From: an uncultured archaeon
GTDB lineage: Archaea; Asgardarchaeota; Thorarchaeia; Thorarchaeales; Thorarchaeaceae
Length of the DNA: 23,961 bases
Direction of reading: 5' to 3'
NCBI GenBank assembly: GCA_964458565.1
Contig: CAYWJO010000051.1
Coordinates: forward strand, 1-23,961
Positions 1 to 9,829 of this stretch are shown here, one piece after another. The translations under genes were made by a program, and so were the position numbers. The notes beneath the pieces are model-generated. The model saw only the letters and a list, made by a program, of their open reading frames with translations, had not been told where the DNA came from and made no database searches. The first letter of the stretch is position 1. Each line of letters opens with the position of its first letter.

Positions 1-5
1 GGCTT

Positions 6-485
6 GTGTTGACAATGATTCCAGAATCCCTCTGGCCATATGATCTGTTTACGTATCTCTTTGTACCCCCCCTGATTGTGCTCTTCATTGGCGGAACGAT
101 CAGTGTGTTCAAACATCATCTGGATTCGAATTTCCAGTATCCTCATCAGAAATACGACTGGATTGAGGAACGTTGGTATTTCAAGAAGAGTATACCTGCT
201 TTTGAGAAGCTCCTCGATGAGAACGATAAAAATGTTAAGAAGACACAGGATGCTTTCTTGAGTGACCTAGAGAGAGAATTTGATAACGCCTTAGATACTG
301 ACAAAGAGAAGGCCATCCCACTGGATAAAGCCAATCTGGTAATTCTCTATATTGTTACGGCATATAAGAAGAAGTTTGCTAAATTCATATCAAGGATACA
401 TACTTGGAGTTTCATTCTTGCTGGATTGTCAATGGTCATCTTTATGGTCTACTATGCTCTGTTTGTCATGCCTTTTGTGCCTTGA
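6..485 (+). CDS. Hypothetical membrane protein, probably 5'-truncated by the window edge
   Basis: 159-aa ORF with hydrophobic segments (LFTYLFVPPLIVLFIGGTISVF; SFILAGLSMVIFMVYYALFV). The frame is open back to the window start, and it converges on the MFS gene with a 6-bp gap. Confidence 0.7.
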   Translation: MLTMIPESLWPYDLFTYLFVPPLIVLFIGGTISVFKHHLDSNFQYPHQKYDWIEERWYFKKSIPAFEKLLDENDKNVKKTQDAFLSDLEREFDNALDTDKEKAIPLDKANLVILYIVTAYKKKFAKFISRIHTWSFILAGLSMVIFMVYYALFVMPFVP

Positions 486-491
486 TTGTTA

Positions 492-1721
492 TTATACTAA
501 ATCGTTCTCATGATGCAACGATTTGGTCTTTCGATAAAACACAACAAAGAGAAGCAGAAGGAGTAGAGAGACCCCAAGTATTCCAATGTAGACCCAGTTC
601 ATACCAATATTGAACAATGGTTCGTATATTGTGGGAATAAGAGCAGACCCCAAGAAGAAGGCGAATGTCACAACACCTGCGAGTACACCACGCCGTTCTG
701 GAGAGAGGATCTGGCTGTATGTTATCATTGTTGGAAAGAGGAACCCTCCAGTCCAACCCACGGCTATCAGACCTAGAAGTACGAATGGAATCGAGCTAGC
801 AAGAGTGATGTCACCAACCAGAATGAACATTGATAGTCCACTGAAGAGAGTCAGAAAGCCAATAGCAATTGGAAGTCTAAAGGAATATCTTTCCACTATG
901 GAACCTAAGAGGAATCCAGCAATACCACTCGAAATCCCACCAATCAAGAGCAGGATACCAATTAGCGTGTCGTCTAAAGCTCCAGTCAACCCACGTGAAG
1001 TCCAGACAATAGTTCCGAGATAGACCATTGCAACCAAGAACGCAGTCACAAGCATCAACAAGACTACAGGTTTCTTTAGCTCGATACCAAGATTGGAGAT
1101 GAGGACTCTAACTCCAGATTCACCATGCACAATTTTCGGGGGGCGGTTAGCAATTGATATAGAAATGATACCGAGGAGGACAATTATCAGAAATAAGAGG
1201 TAATATGATTGCCAACCAAGCATGACCATTTGCCCTGCAATGAAAGGACCCAACCCAACGCTGAAAGTTGCCAAAGCAGAAGCAATACCCATGCGGCGGG
1301 GTATATCCTCAGGAGTGGCAGAATCTGTTAACAGTGCTAATATAACCGGATTCGCAAATCCGAAACCAATTCCAGAAACGAGATTTCCTAGTGCAAAGAT
1401 CATAATGGATGGTGAGAATGCTATGACTATTAGTCCTCCTAGAAACGTGACTAATCCAATTACAATGACTGGTGCTCGTCCATACACATCACTGATTGCC
1501 CCTGAAAACAATTGAAAGAAGGCAAAGGGAAACATGAAAGCGGGTATTGATATCATAACAGCTGTCGGGTCGACTGCAAAATCAACGGAAATTGCACCAA
1601 GCAGAACAAGAACAGCATTAGCAACTAAGGGACCTATCGCAAAGAGGAAGTATAAGACTATCTCAAGGAATCTATATCCTTCCTTCTCCTCAGTAAGCCC
1701 TGATGATATTTCTTCAGTCAT
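492..1721 (-). CDS. MFS transporter (DHA1/Bcr-CflA-like)
   Basis: About 12 hydrophobic helices, MFS motif A (GAISDVYGRAPV) and a motif C-like GLGPFIAG. Start moved to ATG 1721 (MTEE), which follows GAGGA. Confidence 0.9.
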   Translation of the reverse strand: MTEEISSGLTEEKEGYRFLEIVLYFLFAIGPLVANAVLVLLGAISVDFAVDPTAVMISIPAFMFPFAFFQLFSGAISDVYGRAPVIVIGLVTFLGGLIVIAFSPSIMIFALGNLVSGIGFGFANPVILALLTDSATPEDIPRRMGIASALATFSVGLGPFIAGQMVMLGWQSYYLLFLIIVLLGIISISIANRPPKIVHGESGVRVLISNLGIELKKPVVLLMLVTAFLVAMVYLGTIVWTSRGLTGALDDTLIGILLLIGGISSGIAGFLLGSIVERYSFRLPIAIGFLTLFSGLSMFILVGDITLASSIPFVLLGLIAVGWTGGFLFPTMITYSQILSPERRGVLAGVVTFAFFLGSALIPTIYEPLFNIGMNWVYIGILGVSLLLLLLFVVFYRKTKSLHHENDLV

Positions 1722-1743
1722 AATCCTCATCCATTTCTGCAAC

Positions 1744-3741
1744 TTAGCTACTAGTAAATCCTTTTGTTTTTTTGATTTTCAGATACACCACCATGCTGAC
1801 TATAACTACGGTAGCTACACCACCCACAGCTAAGATCAGACTGAGATCTGTAGGAGTAGTTGTACTGAATGGCGTTGTGTAAGAAACAGAGGACGTCGTT
1901 GTTGAGCTTGTTGTTGTTTCAGATATCTGAGAGCTAGATGTGGTAAAGTCTAGATTCAGAGTCATGTTCTCTAAATTGAAGATATAGAAGCGGTAGTGAA
2001 GGCGGTCTGCATTATTCATAGTATAGGGATTATCTGTCAGCCATTGTTCAGCGACCAGACCCTCGATTGCATACCCACTCACGTTCTGAAACAGTCTGTT
2101 TCGGGGCCACGTAGACCAAGCATCTTCTGGTACTAATTCGGGATCATAATAGGAAGTATTTGCTTCAACAAGAGAACGTCTGAATGCGTTAGTTATGGCA
2201 GTATTGTACAAATCATCAGTTACTGAGATACTGATATTCAATTCGTATTGTGGCACTGGTAACGTTGTATTGACAAATGTTATCAATTCACGTTGAAACC
2301 CAATCAATTCGGAGAGCTCAGCTACAAGACCTACGGCATTAGGTATACCAGGTCCAATAATCCAGTCCACTTGTACATCAAGAACAGGAGATCTTTCACT
2401 CCAGTTATCAGATTTTCTGGATATTGCAAGGTCACTGGCTAGTTGTTCGCACACGTCATCAGCAGTATATAGGAGAGATTTTATTGCATCAACGTCTCCA
2501 GAGATGAGCAAGTCTGGAATTTCGGATAAGCTGGTATCAAGGTCTGAGAGGGTCTCTTGCTGTGTCTGATTCAAAGAAAAGTCCTCAAAGTAAGAAATCT
2601 CATCCAAGTAGCGACCCCAGAGTTGGAGGACCTGTGCATTTAGAATCAAATCTCTGTCAAGTTTGTCAAAGATTGAAGTTTTACAATATGCACTCATAAG
2701 GGATGATGTACTAGCTGCCAATGCCCAGCCAAACTCGGAGTGTATGTCAGTCTGGCCAATGCAGTGTCCAAGCTCATGGATGATTGTCGTTGTTATTGAC
2801 CTACGAGGAGTGTCTGGATTACCTGCATAAAACCATGAAAACAGACCACGACCATTCAAGCCCCATGTATCAATGTCTGGATACGCGGATGGAAGGCGGC
2901 CAAGTCCACCTACAGGCGCCTCATACTGTACAGCGTATAGTCCGTATTCCTGTATCAATATAAGTGAGGGGAAGACTAAATCATACTCACTGCATCGTGG
3001 GTCACTAGAAACAATATTGTATATAATCTCGTCACAACGTGTGAGATAATCATCATCAACGATGATATAATCACCAGATGTCTTCTCAGCCATCAGATCC
3101 GCAAACTCTGTCGCGTTATCGTAGTCAAACCAGAAAAGTTCAGTCTCCCAATCAACAAGAGGAAATGCCTCATTAATTGAGCTGTTTATAATATCTGGAT
3201 GAATGGCCCATTCATCCATGTTTGAATTATCATATGTATCATTGAGACCGTACATGACAATCAATGGAAGGAATCCTTGGTAAGGAGGCTCAAATTCCTT
3301 TACATAGTCAAGCGCTATGAATCCTCTAGCTTCATCTACATATGAGGGAGGTTTGGCCAATCGAGCGGTCATAGTTTCAAATAGGAACTCAAGCTGAGCA
3401 AGTGTTTCATTTTCTAGAAGTTCCTTTCCGTACTCAGAACCAGGCCAGCTATAGACATCCTCTGCCCAGGTGTTCAACCATTCAACAGCACCAAAATCGA
3501 GGAATTGGTTTCTACTCTCCTGATTGTAACCACGGAGTGGAAGTGAATAGGGAACGTCACTAAGGGCCCAAAAAGGGACCCAGATATCGTTCGGTGTAAT
3601 TGTGAGAGCCTCATAGGTATACCAGTATGGTAGAGGGATCTCTTCTGTAACAATCGAGTAATTGGCTTGGGAAATCACAGGAATATTCATGAAACATACA
3701 AGCAAGAGAAGAGGTACTATTTGAGTCCTAGAAAACTGCAT
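1744..3741 (-). CDS. Secreted, C-terminally anchored zinc metallopeptidase (metzincin-like, HExxHxxGxxD)
   Basis: N-terminal signal peptide, IIHELGHCIGQTDIH zinc motif, downstream SSLMS Met-turn, Ser/Thr linker, C-terminal TM helix and basic tail (KIKKTK). Confidence 0.8.
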   Translation of the reverse strand: MQFSRTQIVPLLLLVCFMNIPVISQANYSIVTEEIPLPYWYTYEALTITPNDIWVPFWALSDVPYSLPLRGYNQESRNQFLDFGAVEWLNTWAEDVYSWPGSEYGKELLENETLAQLEFLFETMTARLAKPPSYVDEARGFIALDYVKEFEPPYQGFLPLIVMYGLNDTYDNSNMDEWAIHPDIINSSINEAFPLVDWETELFWFDYDNATEFADLMAEKTSGDYIIVDDDYLTRCDEIIYNIVSSDPRCSEYDLVFPSLILIQEYGLYAVQYEAPVGGLGRLPSAYPDIDTWGLNGRGLFSWFYAGNPDTPRRSITTTIIHELGHCIGQTDIHSEFGWALAASTSSLMSAYCKTSIFDKLDRDLILNAQVLQLWGRYLDEISYFEDFSLNQTQQETLSDLDTSLSEIPDLLISGDVDAIKSLLYTADDVCEQLASDLAISRKSDNWSERSPVLDVQVDWIIGPGIPNAVGLVAELSELIGFQRELITFVNTTLPVPQYELNISISVTDDLYNTAITNAFRRSLVEANTSYYDPELVPEDAWSTWPRNRLFQNVSGYAIEGLVAEQWLTDNPYTMNNADRLHYRFYIFNLENMTLNLDFTTSSSQISETTTSSTTTSSVSYTTPFSTTTPTDLSLILAVGGVATVVIVSMVVYLKIKKTKGFTSS

Positions 3742-3853
3742 GCTGGTTCAACTATTATTACCAAGTGGTGGTTATTATACATCATATCGACGCAAAGTCA
3801 TGTGACGAAACAATGTTTATCATTCACGTTTCTCAGCTGTTTCAGGAGCATCG

Positions 3854-4327
3854 ATGAATGAGAAGAATGAAATGCTACGTCAATTCTTGGCATCAATTGC
3901 ATACCATGCAACAAAAGCCCTGAGAAACGCGCCTGAGGCGTATCCGGAGTTCAACGTTCGAACAGGAGTCAGAACTCCAAGACAACTGGTTCACCACATC
4001 ACAGGTGTACTTACGTATGCGCATAGCTTTTACGAGCATTACGAAACAACATACTTTGAGCACTGTTCATGGGATGATGAGGTAGATCGCTTTTACCAGA
4101 TACTATCAAAACTTGATAAATCGATACAAGGGAGGAGACCAAGAGAGGTCTCCGAAGAGCAGCTGTTGCAGGGTCCTTTGTCAGACACAATGGCACATAT
4201 TGGTCAGTTGTTGATGCTAAGAAGAATGGCAGGTAGTCCAGTCCCCTCTGAGAATTTCATCTACGCAGACATACGGAAGGGGGTGCTAGGTCCAGACCAA
4301 CCTGAACCAGTAGCACCTGACGAATAG
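3854..4327 (+). CDS. DinB/YfiT-like four-helix-bundle protein
   Basis: RTPRQLVHHI and DTMAHIGQLLMLRRMAG motifs typical of the DinB superfamily; AGGAG RBS upstream. Confidence 0.8.
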   Translation: MNEKNEMLRQFLASIAYHATKALRNAPEAYPEFNVRTGVRTPRQLVHHITGVLTYAHSFYEHYETTYFEHCSWDDEVDRFYQILSKLDKSIQGRRPREVSEEQLLQGPLSDTMAHIGQLLMLRRMAGSPVPSENFIYADIRKGVLGPDQPEPVAPDE

Positions 4328-4404
4328 ATGGAGGCGTTGGAGTTGTGGTATTCATAGTAGTAGGTAGATTGTGTTTGAGAAGGAAAAGATAGCAATTCGG
4401 TTCA

Positions 4405-4854
4405 TTAAATCAATTCGGCTATCTCAAACCCGATATCTTTGAATTTTTTCTCGGTTCCTTCCTCAAGGGGACCTTCGCGTCCTGTGACAATGGCAGACAT
4501 CCACACTCTAACAATTTCAGCACCTTGTTTGGAGAGTGCTTTCTCGATGTGCTTGGCTGCACTTCCAGCAAGTCGACTACTAAGTTTTGTATCAAAAGCA
4601 AAAGCCTTCTTCCCAGAAAGAGCGGACTCATTTATCCTTCCAAGAAATTCCTTAACCAGTTTAGAAGGCCTCCATGCATGTGTAGGAGAGCCAACGAGAA
4701 CAAGGTCATAATCTTGTAACCGGTTGACATCAATCTCACCGGCTTGAATCAGGTCAGTTTTAATTTCCCCAGATTCAAGACCCTGTGCAAGTGCTCGTGC
4801 CACTTTCTCAGTGTTTCCATAGAGTGAATCATAAACCACTATAGCTTTTTTCAA
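4405..4854 (-). CDS. Flavodoxin-family protein
   Basis: FMN-binding loop VVYDSLYGNTEKVA, plus LVGSPT and AFDT motifs. Likely TTG start at 4854 after GTGAGGT, not the ORF-track start at 4926. Confidence 0.9.
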   Translation of the reverse strand: MKKAIVVYDSLYGNTEKVARALAQGLESGEIKTDLIQAGEIDVNRLQDYDLVLVGSPTHAWRPSKLVKEFLGRINESALSGKKAFAFDTKLSSRLAGSAAKHIEKALSKQGAEIVRVWMSAIVTGREGPLEEGTEKKFKDIGFEIAELI

Positions 4855-4960
4855 GACCTCACGTCCATGTACTATCTTATCGTTATAGCAAGATTTGCGT
4901 TTAAGCGTTCTCTTCCACTTCTCCAATTCAGTTAAGAGATACGAATATTAGCTGAAACTA

Positions 4961-5833
4961 GTGGGTTTGATTATGTATCTAAAGGGAATCGACAAACTCC
5001 GAGAAAAACTCCCAGATTATCCTGGAAACCGAATAGGATTGATACCATTAAGAGGGATAATTGCTGGAATTATAGGGTATGTCTTTCTGGTCATACTTGA
5101 TATTCTACCCCGCTCCTTTAGTGACATTACAATCATAGTTGCAATTGAGCCATTCATGCCAATTCTAGGAACAACCATCATTGCAGTGTTGGCACTATGG
5201 TTGATACGAGGGCTATGGAGTAAAAGGGATAGTATGAAAGCTGAGCTTGGAGACCTAGCATATCAGAAGATGATCAAAAGAGGTGTGACAGGAGTCTTCC
5301 TAATCCCACCACTAGTGTTTCATACAGCCACATCCATCCGTTCTCTTCCACCCGGACCTCCTGTAAATGAACTCACAACCCAATGGTCACAGTCCCTACT
5401 TGCTATAATTGGAGTGCCTTTGGAAATTGACCTCATTCTGCGTTTTGGATTCTCGCTGGTATTGATAGTCATAGGAGTACTTTTGGTTAGAAGTTCAGTC
5501 CTAACATTTGGAATCGACTACATGACAGTAGTGTATCTCTACTTCCCCGAGGAGTCTGAGGTACAAGAGCATGAGATTTACTCAGTTGTACGCCATCCAG
5601 CTTACTTAGCTGGTGTGATATTGGGAGCTGCCGCGTTTGTCTTTCGTTTCTCAGTTTATTCGTTTATTCTCTTTTTAGTCGTTTACTTGACCTTCAGATT
5701 ACATATAATAACAGAAGAGAATGAGCTCGTCCAGAGGTTTGGTGATGGATATCGAGAATACATGAAGAAAGTTCCTGCATTCCTTGTCAGACCCAGGAGT
5801 CTTGGAAAATTCTTCAGGTTTCTACGTAAATAG
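4961..5833 (+). CDS. Isoprenylcysteine carboxyl methyltransferase / PEMT-family integral membrane methyltransferase
   Basis: C-terminal YSVVRHPAYL and EENELVQRFGDGYREYMKKVP signature; multiple TM helices. Confidence 0.8.
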   Translation: MGLIMYLKGIDKLREKLPDYPGNRIGLIPLRGIIAGIIGYVFLVILDILPRSFSDITIIVAIEPFMPILGTTIIAVLALWLIRGLWSKRDSMKAELGDLAYQKMIKRGVTGVFLIPPLVFHTATSIRSLPPGPPVNELTTQWSQSLLAIIGVPLEIDLILRFGFSLVLIVIGVLLVRSSVLTFGIDYMTVVYLYFPEESEVQEHEIYSVVRHPAYLAGVILGAAAFVFRFSVYSFILFLVVYLTFRLHIITEENELVQRFGDGYREYMKKVPAFLVRPRSLGKFFRFLRK

Positions 5834-5851
5834 ATTGATCATGTCCATACT

Positions 5852-5885
5852 CGGAAAAAGGAGTTCGAGGGGGTATACACCCCTC
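5852..5885 (-). terminator. Hairpin and U-tract terminator between convergent genes
   Basis: GAGGGG-N7-CCCCTC stem at 5867-5885, followed on the minus strand by CCTTTTTCC; about 20 bp downstream of the ABC permease stop. Confidence 0.55.
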
Positions 5886-5903
5886 TGTGAATAGCCTATT
5901 CAT

Positions 5904-7559
5904 CTATTCTCGGTTAGACAGATGACGACTACCAGCAATGACAACTCCAAGACCAACAATCGGGAGAGGTAGAACCTGAGCTGAGATGCTAATGATTTGT
6001 GAATCCCAGAGGAAACTCATTGACTCACCAAACCCGAGCATTGAGAGCACAATATCAGCAATCAGATACCACATGAAGGATACTACAACTAATCCCATTC
6101 CCCTCATGTTGTTAGTTCTATATGCTCCAGACTTTGTGTCTTCGTATGTAGGATTGCTTGCTGCAATCCCTATTCCTACCATTGCTCCACCCATGCAACT
6201 CATGAATGAAGTTGAAAGGAGTAGCGCAATCTGATTCAAATCAAGAGTGAGTAGTACAATGTATAGAACTCCTGAAATGAGGACAACAGGAATGATGAGG
6301 AGTATAGCCTGAATGATCTTCGCTCTAACATATCTCTTGACACCATGTGGTGCAGCTTGAATAGTCCACAGCTGGTCCTTTGACTCCAAGAAAGCAGCAC
6401 CTCCAAAGGCTTGAACACCCAAAAAGCCAAGCATCAATGACATCATTACGATGACAGGAGTCAATTCAAGTTCACCTACTCTGATGAATATGAAGATAGG
6501 AACCACTAAGGTCAAGATCATCATTAGAGCCAGACGAGATAGATTCTCTGCTTTACGAGCGTAGTCCTTTAGACCAGTAACAACCAGAACACCAAAAGAC
6601 CCACTTGAAACTCGACGAACGCCACGCAGAATCAGATTCTCACTCTGAATGGTCGTCACAGTTTCAGCACTTGTATATGCACCAATGATGAAGAAACGAT
6701 CCGCAGACAATAGTCCTAGGGCTACAATGAGTAAACTAAATCCACCCAACAGAAGTGTGTTACCAATCAGACTGAAACCTAGAACTCCTTCCATACCACT
6801 CAAAGACAGACCGATTCCGTTGAATGTCACTGCGATTTGTGACACCAAATCTGCACCCCATGTGAAAGGGAACAGTAGGAAGATATTCATCCCTAGAATC
6901 TCTGACATAAGAGGGGCAAATAGTTGAAGACCCACAAGAGGCAGAATTGCTACTAGACTAAGCACAATTGCTAGTGCCTTAGCAATATCCTTTCCTCTTG
7001 ATGATGACCCAATCTTTGACTGGATGGCTATCACCACGAGGTTGGAAAGCCAGATAGTACTTACTGTGACCACAAAGAATGTGAAGTACATAAGACCCTG
7101 TCCAATCAGTGATACGTCCAAAGCCTGAGTAAAGGGTGCCACCAAGAGAGGTGCAAGATAGAGAACATAGAGCCCGTAGATCGCCAACTTACCAGCGAAT
7201 GATCCGATTAGAATTTCTCTAGTTTTGACGTTGTTGCTTAGCAGTATCTCCCACTGTCCAACCTTAACCTCCTGCAGAGCATTTGAGAGGGGTAGTATCA
7301 AGAGGATTAACCAGATTAACATGACACCAGCACGCAAGAGGCCGGGCATGACCATGGCCACTACAGATTGAGGAATTCCAATGATATCATTGAGAATATA
7401 GGCCATCAGAAAGGGAGCAATCAAGAGAGCCCATATAATCCCTAGAATAAAGGAACCCAAGATGATGGGGGTTCGATGCGATCTGAATCCACTTGTCTGG
7501 ACCTGAAATTCAGCCTTTGCAATATGAAACCAATTTCCAGCCAAATAGATTACCTCCAT
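5904..7559 (-). CDS. ABC exporter permease (large, about 12-14 TM)
   Basis: Highly hydrophobic 551-aa protein in two ABC-2-like halves; overlaps the ATPase stop by 10 bp. Confidence 0.8.
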   Translation of the reverse strand: MEVIYLAGNWFHIAKAEFQVQTSGFRSHRTPIILGSFILGIIWALLIAPFLMAYILNDIIGIPQSVVAMVMPGLLRAGVMLIWLILLILPLSNALQEVKVGQWEILLSNNVKTREILIGSFAGKLAIYGLYVLYLAPLLVAPFTQALDVSLIGQGLMYFTFFVVTVSTIWLSNLVVIAIQSKIGSSSRGKDIAKALAIVLSLVAILPLVGLQLFAPLMSEILGMNIFLLFPFTWGADLVSQIAVTFNGIGLSLSGMEGVLGFSLIGNTLLLGGFSLLIVALGLLSADRFFIIGAYTSAETVTTIQSENLILRGVRRVSSGSFGVLVVTGLKDYARKAENLSRLALMMILTLVVPIFIFIRVGELELTPVIVMMSLMLGFLGVQAFGGAAFLESKDQLWTIQAAPHGVKRYVRAKIIQAILLIIPVVLISGVLYIVLLTLDLNQIALLLSTSFMSCMGGAMVGIGIAASNPTYEDTKSGAYRTNNMRGMGLVVVSFMWYLIADIVLSMLGFGESMSFLWDSQIISISAQVLPLPIVGLGVVIAGSRHLSNRE

Positions 7560-8320
7560 GCGAGTAATGCTTCACGGTCCACCTTTCCACCTACTATCTT
7601 CAAGTAGGCGTCTTCGAGAGTGCTTGTGCCAGCGGCTTCAATGATGTCATGTGGTGATCCTACAGTGACTAGTTCACCATCGTTGAGAATACCTACGATA
7701 TCGCAGACATCCTGTGCAAAGCTTGTCATATGGGTGCAGATGAAGAATGTTGTAACAGTCTCCTCTGCTAGTGCAAGAATTAAGTCCTTCACCAATACAC
7801 TTGCGGAGGGATCTAGTCTTGAGGTCGGTTCATCAAGGAACACGATTCGGGGGTCATGTAGCAGTGTTGAGGCGATTAGGACCTTCTGTTTCATCCCGGA
7901 GGAGTATGATTCTAATAGGTCGTTTTGTCTGCTTTCTAGTCCTAGAATTGAGAGTAGAGAGTCAATTCGACCATAGAGCGCTTCACCATGTAGATGATTG
8001 AGTGCACCAATGAACTCGAGGAATTCTGCGGCAGATAGTTTTGAATAGAGCCCTGGAGTTTCAGGTAAGAGACCGGTTACTGCCTTGACCTCGTCCCTTT
8101 GAGAGATGATGTCATATCCACTTACAGAGGCACTTCCACTTGATGGTTTCATCAAACCAGAGAGCATACGCACGGTTGTTGTCTTGCCAGCCCCATTCGG
8201 GCCTAAGAGCGCAAAGCGTGTACCAACCGAAACTTGGAGATCTAATCCACTCACAGCCTTTACTGAACCGAAGGACTTTGTGAGCCCAGCAGTAATGATT
8301 GAATGATACTCGGTTTTCAT
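7550..8320 (-). CDS. ABC transporter ATP-binding protein (multidrug/ABC-2 type)
   Basis: Walker A GPNGAGKTT, signature YSSGMKQK, Walker B IVFLDEPT, switch His in CTH. Confidence 0.95.
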   Translation of the reverse strand: MKTEYHSIITAGLTKSFGSVKAVSGLDLQVSVGTRFALLGPNGAGKTTTVRMLSGLMKPSSGSASVSGYDIISQRDEVKAVTGLLPETPGLYSKLSAAEFLEFIGALNHLHGEALYGRIDSLLSILGLESRQNDLLESYSSGMKQKVLIASTLLHDPRIVFLDEPTSRLDPSASVLVKDLILALAEETVTTFFICTHMTSFAQDVCDIVGILNDGELVTVGSPHDIIEAAGTSTLEDAYLKIVGGKVDREALLAWR

Positions 8321-8348
8321 GATTATTCACATGAAAAGCAACGAAGAT

Positions 8349-8386
8349 TTACTATATAATGGACTGTGGGAAAAAAGTCCATAGCT
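8349..8386 (-). promoter_or_regulatory. Promoter with TATA box and upstream palindromic operator (copy A)
   Basis: TTATATAG on the minus strand about 32-39 bp before ATG 8320; CTGTGG-N9-CCATAG inverted repeat at 8364-8384; 32/38 identical to 9830-9867. Confidence 0.8.
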
Positions 8387-8408
8387 GCATTTTCACTCCA
8401 ACCTCTCT

Positions 8409-8753
8409 CTAACCTATGAGAAGAAACCAGACTGCAGATTTTGTATTAGGGGTATCGGTGAAGAACTGAGTCACAAGAGTGTAGAACTGATCTAGTGCTT
8501 CGCGTCCCTTCTCAGTGGTCTTGAATACGTAGATCCCAGCCTCTGGTTCGTCGACTTGTATAAATAAACCCGCTTCGAGAAGGAATTGAAGGTCCTCCTT
8601 AATCATCTGTGTCTTCAATCCCAATTGACGCATCAACCAACTCTGAGTACGTGGTTTCCAGATGCAGGCCTCAAGGAGCTCTACCCATCGTTCATACTTT
8701 GTTCTTCGGGGACCAGGAGTCCACTCACGAGGACGAATAGTTGGAGGGTTCAC
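8409..8753 (-). CDS. Archaeal winged-helix transcriptional regulator (HTH_45/ArnR1-like)
   Basis: RRTKYE...LMRQLGL...LQFLLEAGL...YVFKTTEKGREAL pattern. The GTG start overlaps the upstream gene's TGA (GTGA coupling). Confidence 0.8.
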   Translation of the reverse strand: MNPPTIRPREWTPGPRRTKYERWVELLEACIWKPRTQSWLMRQLGLKTQMIKEDLQFLLEAGLFIQVDEPEAGIYVFKTTEKGREALDQFYTLVTQFFTDTPNTKSAVWFLLIG

Positions 8754-9493
8754 AACGACGCCCTCCCGTTGTGGTCATTGACCGTCTTGGAGAAGATTCG
8801 CTCTAGTTCCTCGCCCCAAGCAATGAAGCCTTGATAGAAACGAAGCCATCGTCTAACTAGAACCCGCCAATAGAGAAAGATGAACCATCGCGCTACTAGG
8901 ATCACAAGGATGACTCCTAAGAAGATCATTGGAAATAGCAGGGCACCTCCTTCTTCAATAGCAGATATGAATTCAGGAATCAGGAAGTTCACAAATAGTA
9001 TAGTATAGATTACTCCTTGAAAGATTACTTCACTAATTACCTTTGTAGTCAGGTTTGAGAGATGCTTCCGGACATTCTCAACTTCATCTCCTGAGTCTGA
9101 GTCCTCCTGGGATTCAACCGGTCGGAGGACATCGAAGATGAGAAAGATATACGATGCCAACCCGGATGCAACATGCGTTTCATCGAGTATATCTTCTATC
9201 TCTTTAAGAGCTGCACCAGCCTGTTGAAGAGTCTCAAATCTTTCCTTTGCGGACTTGTATTGGAGTGGAGCAATAAGAATGGGAATGATGATGATGACAA
9301 AGGCGATAGAGAGGAGCGGCAAGGGTAGACCCATCATAGCAACAAGAAGAACGACCCATAACATTACAATGTACATACCAAACACTGAGGAGAATATATG
9401 AGCCATCAAGAAACGATGACTTCTACGCATGACACGCAGAATGTTTCTCTGGATGGTCAACAACTCAAGTTGCTCGGGTCCATTAGATTCCAA
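8750..9493 (-). CDS. Hypothetical membrane protein (4 TM with a central soluble helical/acidic segment)
   Basis: Two pairs of hydrophobic helices; GGTGA RBS before the TTG start; translationally coupled to the wHTH gene. Confidence 0.75.
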   Translation of the reverse strand: MESNGPEQLELLTIQRNILRVMRRSHRFLMAHIFSSVFGMYIVMLWVVLLVAMMGLPLPLLSIAFVIIIIPILIAPLQYKSAKERFETLQQAGAALKEIEDILDETHVASGLASYIFLIFDVLRPVESQEDSDSGDEVENVRKHLSNLTTKVISEVIFQGVIYTILFVNFLIPEFISAIEEGGALLFPMIFLGVILVILVARWFIFLYWRVLVRRWLRFYQGFIAWGEELERIFSKTVNDHNGRASL

Positions 9494-9602
9494 TTCATGT
9501 CACCCAGTGTCTAAAAGTGCTTGAAACGACGAGGGTTATATATTCAATGGGTATGTTCAATAAAAGGAAGGTACTCAAATGGAGTGTGGGGTCTTGTAAC
9601 CC

Positions 9603-9803
9603 CTACAATAGTTGCTCTCTTTGAGTGTCTATGTTTGTTTTGGATTTCCTACTCGTAGCAATTACCAGAATTGTAGTGATTAGGAGAACTCTACTGAGGT
9701 TAGTAGTCATTTCACCAAGGATCTGGCCATCTAACATCGGGAACACTGCAGCCACAATCAAAGCAGCTGATGTTACTAGGGATATTTTGCTGAATTGATT
9801 CAT
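9603..9803 (-). CDS. Small 66-aa membrane protein/peptide with two hydrophobic segments
   Basis: Fills an otherwise intergenic gap, has its own TATA and operator (9830-9867), two hydrophobic stretches and a basic tail (SRKSK), and is followed by a GGGGT/ACCCC hairpin. Confidence 0.75.
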   Translation of the reverse strand: MNQFSKISLVTSAALIVAAVFPMLDGQILGEMTTNLSRVLLITTILVIATSRKSKTNIDTQREQLL

Positions 9804-9829
9804 TGTATTTCAAATAGAGGAATTCATAA

